The position numbers and the translations under genes were made by a program. This document shows, piece by piece, positions 16,108-23,735 of a stretch of DNA of 24,253 nt. The notes under the pieces are model-generated. The model saw only the letters and a program-made list of their open reading frames with translations. It searched no databases and was not told the origin of the DNA. Each line of letters begins with the position of its first letter. Position 1 is the first letter of the stretch. Origin of the DNA: an uncultured Gemmatimonadota bacterium (GTDB taxonomy: Bacteria > Gemmatimonadota > Gemmatimonadetes > Palauibacterales > Palauibacteraceae); assembly GCA_964479295.1 (NCBI GenBank), contig CAYZLN010000004.1, forward strand, positions 1 through 24,253, written 5' to 3'.

Positions 16108-17286
16108 ATGGTTTTCGAATTCGAGGACGACATGTCGCGGAACGCGAAGATGAAGGTGGTGGGCGTCGGCGGGGCCGGCGGCAACGCCATCAACCGCATG
16201 ATCGAGGAGGAGCTGGAGGGGGTGGAGTTCATCGCGGTGAACACCGACGCCCAGGCCCTCAAGAAGATCGACTCGGACCTGAAGATCCAGATCGGCCGGA
16301 AGCTCACCCGGGGGCTGGGCGCCGGGGCGAGGCCGGAGATCGGCCGCCAGGCCATCGCCGAGTCGGAAGAGGAGGTCCGGGAGGCCGTCGACGGCGCCGA
16401 CCTGGTCTTCGTCACCGCCGGCATGGGCGGGGGCACCGGGACGGGGGCGGCCCCGGCCATCGGGCGCATCGCCCGGGAGCAGGGCGCGCTGGCCATCGCC
16501 ATCGTCACCAAGCCCTTCCACTTCGAGGGCAAGAAGCGGATGCGCCACGCCGAGATCGGCCTCGAGGAGCTGCGGCGGACGGTGGACACCATGATCACCG
16601 TCCCGAACGAACGCCTCCTCTCCGTGGTGGGCGAGGACACCACCTTCCGGCAGGCGCTGAAGAAGGCCGACGAGGTCCTCCTCCACGCCACCCAGGGGAT
16701 CTCCGACCTGATCTCGGTCACGGGCGAGGTGAACGTCGACTTCGCCGACGTCCGGACCGTCATGTCGAACCGCGGCGCCGCCCTCATGGGAACCGGCGCC
16801 TCCACGGAGGACGACCGCGCCGTCGACGCCGCCCAGCAGGCCATCTCGTCGCCGCTGCTGGACGACATCTCCATCAACGGCGCCACCGGCGTCCTCGTCA
16901 ACATCAGCGGCGGCCCGGACCTCACCATCGACGAGGTCACCACCGTCAACTCCATCGTCCAGGAGGCCGCCGGCGAGGAGGCGGAGATGATCTTCGGGGC
17001 CGTCCACGACGAGGCGCTCCAGGGGACGGTGCGCGTCACGGTCATCGCCACCGGCTTCGGCACCCGCGACGAGCAGGACGAGCCCGAGGAGGACGAGGAG
17101 AAGGTCATCGAGGCCGACTTCGGCGGGCCGGAGCTCGTGGACGGGACCGGCGACGAGGGCGGCGACGCCGCGGGAGCGGGCCCGGCCGGCGAGAGCCGCG
17201 ACGAGGAGAACGCCGGCCGGCCGTCGGGACGGGGCGAGATGGAGGACCTCGAGATCCCGACGTTCATCCGCCGGCAGATGGACTGA
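16108..17286 (+). CDS. ftsZ: Cell division protein FtsZ (392 aa)
   Basis: VVGVGGAGGNA, NTDAQAL, tubulin signature GGGTGTG, PFHFEG, T7 loop NVDFADV, acidic linker and C-terminal peptide LEIPTFIRRQMD. Confidence 0.99.
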   Translation: MVFEFEDDMSRNAKMKVVGVGGAGGNAINRMIEEELEGVEFIAVNTDAQALKKIDSDLKIQIGRKLTRGLGAGARPEIGRQAIAESEEEVREAVDGADLVFVTAGMGGGTGTGAAPAIGRIAREQGALAIAIVTKPFHFEGKKRMRHAEIGLEELRRTVDTMITVPNERLLSVVGEDTTFRQALKKADEVLLHATQGISDLISVTGEVNVDFADVRTVMSNRGAALMGTGASTEDDRAVDAAQQAISSPLLDDISINGATGVLVNISGGPDLTIDEVTTVNSIVQEAAGEEAEMIFGAVHDEALQGTVRVTVIATGFGTRDEQDEPEEDEEKVIEADFGGPELVDGTGDEGGDAAGAGPAGESRDEENAGRPSGRGEMEDLEIPTFIRRQMD

Positions 17287-17529
17287 CGTGCGTCGGGTCG
17301 TCGCGACGGCACCGGCGCCCCGCGGCGCGCCCCGCGACCGCCCGTCCCCGGGGCGACGATCCGGGGTCGCGGCGGCCGCGACGGGGAACCCCGCGGCCCC
17401 GGAGGCCTATGGACGGGCCGGGGGACCGCGGCCCGTCGCCCGGGGGCGTACCGGCGCCCGTCCCCCGTCCACCGTGAGCCCGGCCCCGGCGCCGCCCGCC
17501 GGCGCGACCCGACACCGACCGATCCGACC

Positions 17530-18912
17530 GTGACGTCCAGCATCCGGGACATCAGCGCGAGAGAGCCCGACGACCGGCCGGGCCCGGCCCGGACGGCCGG
17601 GCGGTGGCTGGCCGCCGTCCTGGTGGCCCTCGGCGCCGGGTACCTGGCGATGCGGGGAGGCAGCGGGGACGAGGGGGCCGGGACGGCCGCCGCGGCCGGC
17701 CCGGTGGGGCCCGCCCTGCAGCCGCCGGCCGCGGCGGAGGTCGTGACCCGGGACACCCTCCGCGCGGGGGAGAGCCTGGGAGCGGTCCTCCGTTCGATGG
17801 GGCTGCGGGGGACGGCGTTCTCGGAGGCCCTGCGGGCCGTCCGGGAGCACCAGAGCCTCCGCCGCCTCCGCCCCGGCGTCGCCGTCGAGGTCGCGGCCCG
17901 GGTCCCCGAGCGCGTGAGCCGGGTGGTCCTCGACCTCGACCGCGACCGGTCCCTCCACCTGGCGAGGGGACCGGGCGGGTGGTCGGCCGACCTCGACTCC
18001 GTGCCGGTGACGACGGACTCCATCCGGATCGCCGGCGTCGTCCGCTCCAGCCTGTGGGAGGCGGAGCTCCTCGGGGACACGGCCCGCCTCGCCCCCAACG
18101 AGGAGTACGACATCCTCGACCGGCTCTCCCAGATCTACGCGTGGCAGGTCGACTTCTTCCGCGACATCCGCTCCGGGGACGCCTTCCGCCTCCTCATCGA
18201 GCGCGACCTCAGGCCGGACGGCACCATCCGGCGGGCCCGCGTGCTGGCCGCCGAGTTCTTCAACGACGGCCGGCGTCTCCCGGCGGTGCGGTTCGTGGTC
18301 CCCGACGGGCCGGTGGAGTACTACGACGCGGAGGGGGAGGCGACGCGGAAGGCCTTCCTGCGCGCGCCGCTGGAGTTCGGCCGGAGGACCAGCGGCTTCA
18401 GCCGCCGGAGGTACCACCCCGTGCTGAAGCGCTACCGGTCGCACCGGGGCGTGGACTACGGCGCGCCCCGGGGCACGCCGGTCATGGCCACGGGCGACGG
18501 CCTCGTGACGCGGGCCGGGTGGTGGAACGGCTACGGCCGGGTGGTGGAGATCCGGCACAACACCAGGCACCGGACCCGGTACGCCCACCTGCACCGGATC
18601 ACCGTGCGCCGGGGCGAGCGGGTCGAGCAGAAGGACGTCATCGGCCGCGTCGGGGCCACGGGCCTGGCCACCGGGCCCCACGTCCACTACGAGTTCCTCG
18701 TCAACGGGACGCAGAGGAACCCCGCGCGGGTCGACCTCCCGCCCGGCGAGCCGGTGCCGGAGGCCCATCGCTCCGAGTACCGGGAGGTCCGCGACGCCAG
18801 GCTTACCCTGCTGCGCGACGTCGAGCTCCCCCGCGACGTCCGGCTCGCCCACGGCCTGGCGAGCGGGCCGTCCTCCCCCTCCGGAGACGGCCGGTCGGCG
18901 ACATCGGACTGA
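17530..18912 (+). CDS. Membrane-anchored M23 metallopeptidase, MepM/ShyA/Csd3-like three-domain peptidoglycan endopeptidase (~460 aa)
   Basis: N-terminal hydrophobic anchor (WLAAVLVALGAGYLAM), LysM/OapA-like segment (DTLRAGESLG...LRRLRPG), middle domain (WQVDFFRDIRSGDAF), M23 zinc motifs HRGVD and HVH, plus GWWNGYG and TRYAHL. Start (GTG 17530) has no clear SD. Confidence 0.9.
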   Translation: MTSSIRDISAREPDDRPGPARTAGRWLAAVLVALGAGYLAMRGGSGDEGAGTAAAAGPVGPALQPPAAAEVVTRDTLRAGESLGAVLRSMGLRGTAFSEALRAVREHQSLRRLRPGVAVEVAARVPERVSRVVLDLDRDRSLHLARGPGGWSADLDSVPVTTDSIRIAGVVRSSLWEAELLGDTARLAPNEEYDILDRLSQIYAWQVDFFRDIRSGDAFRLLIERDLRPDGTIRRARVLAAEFFNDGRRLPAVRFVVPDGPVEYYDAEGEATRKAFLRAPLEFGRRTSGFSRRRYHPVLKRYRSHRGVDYGAPRGTPVMATGDGLVTRAGWWNGYGRVVEIRHNTRHRTRYAHLHRITVRRGERVEQKDVIGRVGATGLATGPHVHYEFLVNGTQRNPARVDLPPGEPVPEAHRSEYREVRDARLTLLRDVELPRDVRLAHGLASGPSSPSGDGRSATSD

Positions 18913-19024
18913 CCCGGACCGGCCTGCGCGCCGGCCGGTATCACGACGGTGTCCGCGGCGCCGGCGGGCCCGCTCCGGACCCGCCCGCGCCGTGCGTTCG
19001 GCGAAGGAGCACGTCGGAGAGGGG

Positions 19025-19966
19025 ATGCGGTTGAGCGACGGCAGGATGGACCTGGGGGACGACGGACGCTCCCTGTGGCAGAAGGTGAAGGACGTGGCCC
19101 TCACCGACGTGGGGGTCCTCGTCGAGGGGGGCGTCGACGAGGACCTCGTGGCGCGGCTCGAGAAGGTGCTGCTCGAGGCCGATTTCGGGGTCGACGCCAC
19201 AACTGCCCTCGTGGACGACCTCGAGCGGGCCCTGGAGCGGGGCCGGGTCTCCGGGCCGGACGAGCTGCGGCGGCTGCTGGCCCGGCGGATCCGGGAGATC
19301 GTCGACGGCGCGGGGGACGGACGCCGGGAGCTGCGCACCGCCGGAGACGGCCCGACCGTGGTGCTGATCCTGGGCGTCAACGGCACCGGCAAGACCACCA
19401 CGGCCGCGAAGCTGGCCCACCGGTACGGCCCGCGGCTGGGCGGGACGGTCATGGCCGCCGCCGACACCTTCCGGGCGGGGGCCCAGGACCAGCTCCGCCA
19501 CTGGGCCGACCGCGTGGGCGCCCGCTTCGTGGGCGGCGACGAGGGGGGCGACCCCGCCGCGGTGGCGTACGACGCCGTCGAGGCGGCCCGGGCGGAGGGC
19601 GACGGCCTGGTGCTCGTCGACACGGCCGGCCGCCTCCACACCCGGGGCGACCTCCTGGACGAGCTCGCCAAGATCGAGCGGGTGACCGGACGGCTCGTGG
19701 ACGGGGCGCCGCACGAGCGGCTGCTGGTGGTGGACGCGACGTCGGGCCAGAACGTCGTCCGCCAGGCCCGCGAGTTCGGCCGGGCCGTCGACCTCACCGG
19801 CATGGTTCTGACCAAGTTCGACAGCACCGCCCGGGGCGGGACCGCGGCCGCCGTGGCCCGTGAGCTCGGCCTCCCGACTCGGTTCCTGGGGACGGGGGAG
19901 GGGCTGGGGGACCTGGAGCCCTTCGACCCCGAACGCTACGTGGAGAAGGTCCTGGACCGGGCGTGA
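19025..19966 (+). CDS. ftsY: Signal recognition particle receptor FtsY, NG-domain only (313 aa)
   Basis: LLEADFGV, G1 GVNGTGKTTT, DTFRAGA, G3 DTAGR, G4 TKFD, GTGE, DLEPFDP. ATG 19025 has GGAG at 19016-19019; alternatives are GTG 18992 or ATG 19046. Confidence 0.95.
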   Translation: MRLSDGRMDLGDDGRSLWQKVKDVALTDVGVLVEGGVDEDLVARLEKVLLEADFGVDATTALVDDLERALERGRVSGPDELRRLLARRIREIVDGAGDGRRELRTAGDGPTVVLILGVNGTGKTTTAAKLAHRYGPRLGGTVMAAADTFRAGAQDQLRHWADRVGARFVGGDEGGDPAAVAYDAVEAARAEGDGLVLVDTAGRLHTRGDLLDELAKIERVTGRLVDGAPHERLLVVDATSGQNVVRQAREFGRAVDLTGMVLTKFDSTARGGTAAAVARELGLPTRFLGTGEGLGDLEPFDPERYVEKVLDRA

Positions 19967-19999
19967 GGCCCGGTTGACGGCCGCCGCCGAGGATGCACC

Positions 20000-22093
20000 G
20001 TGGCCCGAACCCGCTCGCTGCTCCGCTCGGACGTCCGGTACCTCGAGGGCGTCGGCCCCCGGCGGGCCGAGCGCTTCGAGCGCCTCGGGGTCGAGACCGG
20101 CCGCGACCTCCTCTACCACGTCCCCCATCGGTACGAGGACGCCACCACCGTCACCCCGACGGCGTCGCTGGAGCCCGGCGACGAGGCGACGGTCATCGGC
20201 CGGGTGGTCTCGAAGGGCGTGATCGAGACCCGGAAGGGGCTGAAGATCTTCCGCGCGGTGCTCCGCGACCGGTCGGGCCACATCGAGGCCGCCTGGCCCG
20301 GGCAGCCGTGGCTGGACCGCTCCCTCGAGCGGGGGGACCTGGTGCTCGCCTCGGGGCCCGTGCGCTTCTTCCACGGGCGCCAGCTCCAGCCGCGCGAGCA
20401 CACCGTCCTCTCCGGCGCCGGCGAGGAGGGAGGAGGCGGGAGCGGCGAGGGGGCCGGGACGGTCTTCCCGGTCTACCCCGCCACCGAGGGGCTCAGCCAC
20501 CGGCAGATCCGCGCCATCGTCCGGAACAACCTGGACGACCTCCTGGAGGAGGTCCGGGGCCGGGAGATCTTCGACGAGGGGTGGCGCGGGGCCCTGGGCC
20601 TGCCGCGCCTCGACCGGGCGCTGGAGGCCCTCCACCGGCCGGACGCCCCCGAGGACGTGGAGCCCGCCCGCCGCCGGCTGGCCTACGAGGAGCTCTTCTT
20701 CCTCCAGCTCCTCCACGCCCGGGCCCGGGCCCGCCGCGACGCCGAGCGGCCGGGGGTCGCCTTCGACGGCCCCGCGGAGCTCACGACGGCGCTGGGCGAG
20801 ACCCTGCCCTTCGAGCTCACCGGCGCGCAGGAGCGCGCCTGGGAGGAGATCCGCCGGGACATGGAGGCGCCCCGGCGAATGTACCGGCTGCTCCAGGGCG
20901 ACGTGGGGAGCGGCAAGACGGTGGTGGCGGCGCTCGCCATGCTCCGGGCGGCGGAGAGCGGCGCCCAGGCGGCGCTGATGGCCCCCACCGAGATCCTGGC
21001 GGAGCAGCACCTCCGGACGCTCCGGGAGCTGCTGGATCCGGTCGACGTCGAGCCCGTCCTGCTGACGGGCCGGGTCGGCGGCGCCGAGCGCGAGGAGGCG
21101 CTGGCGGCGCTCCGGGAGGGGAGGGCCCGGATCGTCGTCGGCACCCACGCCCTCATCCAGGAGGGGGTGGGGTTCGACGACCTGGGCCTGGCGGTGGTCG
21201 ACGAGCAGCACCGTTTCGGCGTGGAGCAGCGGCGGCTGCTGCGGGACGCCGGCGGGGCCTCGGACACCCTGGTGATGTCGGCGACGCCCATCCCCCGGTC
21301 GCTGGCCCTCACCCTCTACGGCGACCTCGATCTCTCGGTCGTCGACGAGATGCCCCCGGGCCGGCGGCCGGTGATCACGGCCGTCCGGGGGCCGGACGCC
21401 CGGGAGGAGGCCTTCGGGTGGCTGGAGGAGCAGCTCGACCGCGGCCGGCAGGCCTACGTCGTCTATCCCCTCGTGGAGGCCTCGGAGGAGGTGGACGCCC
21501 GCTCGGCCGAGGAGATGCACGGCCGCCTGGCGCGCCGCTTCGACCGCCACGAGGTGGGCCTCCTCCACGGTCAGCTCGCCTCCGGGGAGAAGGACGCCGT
21601 CATGCGCCGCTTCGCCCGGGGCGGGATCGACCTCCTGGTCGCCACGACCGTCATCGAGGTCGGCGTCGACGTCCCCGACGCGTCGGTGATGTTCATCGAG
21701 GACGCCCAGCGCTTCGGCCTCGCCCAGCTCCACCAGCTCCGCGGCCGGGTGGGGCGGGGGGGACAGCAGGCCTACTGCGTGGCCTTCCACGACGGCGAGC
21801 AGGTGCCCGAGCGGCTGGCCGTCTTCTCCCGCACCACCGACGGCTTCGAGCTGGCCCGGGCCGACCTGCGGATCCGGGGGCAGGGCGAGCTGTTCGGGAA
21901 GGCGCAGCACGGCGTGCCCGAGCTCCGCTTCGCCGACCTGGAGGAGGACCGGCGGCTGGTGGCCCACGCCCGGAATCGGGCCCGGGAGATCGTCGACGAC
22001 GACCCGGAGCTGAAGTCGCCCGAGCACCGGGAGCTGCGCGCCCGTCTCACCGAGCGCTGGGGCGACCGGAAGCGGCTCTACGGCGTGGGCTGA
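20000..22093 (+). CDS. recG: ATP-dependent DNA helicase RecG (697 aa)
   Basis: GVGPRRA N-terminus, wedge OB fold, PVYPATEG, QGDVGSGKT, MAPTEILAEQH, DEQHRFG, MSATPIPRSL, TTVIEVGVDVP, QLHQLRGRVGRG, TRG motif (DGFELARADLRIRG). Confidence 0.97.
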   Translation: MARTRSLLRSDVRYLEGVGPRRAERFERLGVETGRDLLYHVPHRYEDATTVTPTASLEPGDEATVIGRVVSKGVIETRKGLKIFRAVLRDRSGHIEAAWPGQPWLDRSLERGDLVLASGPVRFFHGRQLQPREHTVLSGAGEEGGGGSGEGAGTVFPVYPATEGLSHRQIRAIVRNNLDDLLEEVRGREIFDEGWRGALGLPRLDRALEALHRPDAPEDVEPARRRLAYEELFFLQLLHARARARRDAERPGVAFDGPAELTTALGETLPFELTGAQERAWEEIRRDMEAPRRMYRLLQGDVGSGKTVVAALAMLRAAESGAQAALMAPTEILAEQHLRTLRELLDPVDVEPVLLTGRVGGAEREEALAALREGRARIVVGTHALIQEGVGFDDLGLAVVDEQHRFGVEQRRLLRDAGGASDTLVMSATPIPRSLALTLYGDLDLSVVDEMPPGRRPVITAVRGPDAREEAFGWLEEQLDRGRQAYVVYPLVEASEEVDARSAEEMHGRLARRFDRHEVGLLHGQLASGEKDAVMRRFARGGIDLLVATTVIEVGVDVPDASVMFIEDAQRFGLAQLHQLRGRVGRGGQQAYCVAFHDGEQVPERLAVFSRTTDGFELARADLRIRGQGELFGKAQHGVPELRFADLEEDRRLVAHARNRAREIVDDDPELKSPEHRELRARLTERWGDRKRLYGVG

Positions 22094-22103
22094 GCGGCGC
22101 CCC

Positions 22104-22142
22104 GGCGCCCCGGCCGGATCCGGCGGGAGGATCGGGGGCGCC
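22104..22142. terminator. GC-rich stem-loop after recG, no U-tract
   Basis: GGCGCCCC (22104-22111) pairs with GGGGCGCC (22135-22142); inner GATCC (22117-22121) pairs with GGATC (22129-22133). Function unproven. Confidence 0.3.
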
Positions 22143-22176
22143 CGCCGTGCCGGCGCGGGGCTCCGGGGCCGGCTCG

Positions 22177-22205
22177 TTGACGGCCTCTGGCGGCGGGTCT
22201 AGCTT
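22177..22205 (+). promoter_or_regulatory. sigma70-type promoter for asnS (-35 TTGACG 22177-22182, 17-bp spacer, -10 TAGCTT 22200-22205)
   Basis: Same -35 hexamer as the dcw promoter, ideal 17-bp spacer, TAxxxT -10, in the recG-asnS gap. Confidence 0.75.
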
Positions 22206-22328
22206 CGCGGCCGATCGTGGCGCACAGCTCCTGCCGGGCGCCCGGGGGGACGCGTGGCGGCCCCGCCCGGGGGCGTCGGGGCCGCGATCCGTCTTCGGGA
22301 TCTTCGGCTCCACAGACCGAGAGGAGAC

Positions 22329-23636
22329 ATGTCCGACGACCGCGCGACCATCGACCGGCTCCCCGAGCGGGTGGGCGAGGAGGTCCGGCTCCGCGGCTGG
22401 GTGCGGAACTTCCGCTCCAGCGGGAGCATCCTGTTCGTCGTCCTCCGCGACGGCACCGGCGAGGCCCAGGTGGTGGTGGCCCGCGACGACGTCGACGACG
22501 CGAGCTGGGAGGCCGCCGAGGGGCTCGCGTACGAGACGAGCGTGCGGATCCGCGGCGTCGTGAAGGCGGACGACAGGGCGCCGGGCGGGGTGGAGGTCTC
22601 GGCCCGCGGGGTGGAGGTCGTCGGGCCGTCGACGGACTACCCGATCCAGCCCAAGGAGCACGGGGTCGACTTCCTGCTCGAGCACCGCCACCTGTGGCTG
22701 CGGCATCCGCGGCAGCGGGCGATCCTGCGGGTCCGGAACGAGGTCGTCCAGGCCATCCGCGACTTCCTCTACGAGCGCGGCTTCGTCCTGGTCGACACCC
22801 CGATCCTCACCGGGTCCATCGGCGAGGAGGCCGGCACCCTGTTCGAGACCGAGTACTTCGAGGAGGGGACGGCCTACCTGGCGCAGACCGGCCAGCTCTA
22901 CCTGGAGGCCGCCGCCGCGGCCCACGGCGACGTCTACTGCTTCGGGCCCACCTTCCGGGCCGAGGAGTCGAAGAGCCCCCAGCACCTGACGGAGTTCTGG
23001 ATGGTGGAGCCGGAGATGGCCTGGACGGACAGCGAGGAGAGCATCGAGCTGCAGGAGGCGTTCGTCCGGGCGGTCGTGCGCAGGGCCGTCGAGCGCTGCG
23101 GCGACGAGCTGGAGACGCTGGGCCGGGACGTCGGCCGGCTGGAGGCGGCGGTCGAGGGGCCCTTCGAGCGGATGACCTACTCGGAGGCCGTGGAGGAGGT
23201 CCGGGAGCGCGGGTACGACGGGATCGAGTGGGGCGACGACCTCAGGGGGGAGAGCGAGGACGTCCTGATGGAGGGGCGCCGCCGGCCGCTCTTCGTCGAG
23301 GACTGGCCCCGGGAGGCCAAGGCCTTCTACATGAAGGAGAACCCGGAGGACCCCCGGACGGTGAAGTGCGACGACCTGCTGGCGCCCGAGGGCTACGGCG
23401 AGATCATCGGCGGGAGCCAGCGGGAGGACGACCGGGCCAAGCTGCTGGAGCGGATCCGGGAGGAGGGGCTGCCCGAGGAGGCCTACGACTGGTACCTGGA
23501 CCTCCGGGAGTACGGCACCTTCCCCCACAGCGGCTTCGGCCTCGGGGTGGAGCGCACCGTGGCCTGGATCACCGGGGTGGAGCACGTCCGCGAGTGCATC
23601 CCGTTCCCCCGGCTCGTGAACCGGCTGGAGCCGTAG
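22329..23636 (+). CDS. asnS: Asparagine--tRNA ligase (435 aa)
   Basis: OB anticodon-binding domain (VRLRGWVRN...LRDGTG), YPIQPKEHG, RHLWLR, GQLYLEA, GPTFRAE, EFWMVEPE, EIIGGSQRE, motif 3 PHSGFGLGVER. ATG 22329 follows GAGGAG. Confidence 0.93.
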   Translation: MSDDRATIDRLPERVGEEVRLRGWVRNFRSSGSILFVVLRDGTGEAQVVVARDDVDDASWEAAEGLAYETSVRIRGVVKADDRAPGGVEVSARGVEVVGPSTDYPIQPKEHGVDFLLEHRHLWLRHPRQRAILRVRNEVVQAIRDFLYERGFVLVDTPILTGSIGEEAGTLFETEYFEEGTAYLAQTGQLYLEAAAAAHGDVYCFGPTFRAEESKSPQHLTEFWMVEPEMAWTDSEESIELQEAFVRAVVRRAVERCGDELETLGRDVGRLEAAVEGPFERMTYSEAVEEVRERGYDGIEWGDDLRGESEDVLMEGRRRPLFVEDWPREAKAFYMKENPEDPRTVKCDDLLAPEGYGEIIGGSQREDDRAKLLERIREEGLPEEAYDWYLDLREYGTFPHSGFGLGVERTVAWITGVEHVRECIPFPRLVNRLEP

Positions 23637-23672
23637 CGCCCGGCGCCGGGTCGAGGACGCGCCTGCAGGAGC

Positions 23673-23694
23673 CCGGCCCCCGCCGACGGGCCGG
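23673..23694. terminator. GC hairpin between convergent asnS and mazG
   Basis: CCGGCCC (23673-23679) pairs with GGGCCGG (23688-23694), 8-nt loop; no U-tract on either strand. Confidence 0.25.
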
Positions 23695-23735
23695 CGCTGC
23701 CGCGGCCCGGCTCGTCGAGGGGGCGGACGCGACCG

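Noticed and set aside
18916-18944. TATCAC as a possible -10 for ftsY
   Set aside because: No acceptable -35 or extended -10; insufficient support.
18991-19013. Hairpin with GAAGGAGCA upstream of ftsY resembling SRP RNA domain IV
   Set aside because: Lacks the conserved upstream CAGG and the symmetric loop; too short for 4.5S RNA.
19974-20002. TTGACG as a recG promoter
   Set aside because: A -10 at 16-18 bp would overlap the start codon and matches poorly; kept only as the repeat observation.
1315-22027. Very long antisense ORFs (e.g. 1315..4107, 9382..11577, 13997..16090, 17407..19827, 18941..22027)
   Set aside because: Shadows of well-supported + strand genes; stop codons are scarce at this GC; translations are low-complexity or typical reverse-frame text with no recognisable motifs.
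22206-22328. T-box riboswitch or Asn leader peptide upstream of asnS
   Set aside because: No UGGNACC antiterminator motif, no room for stem I with an AAC specifier, and no Asn-codon-rich small ORF.
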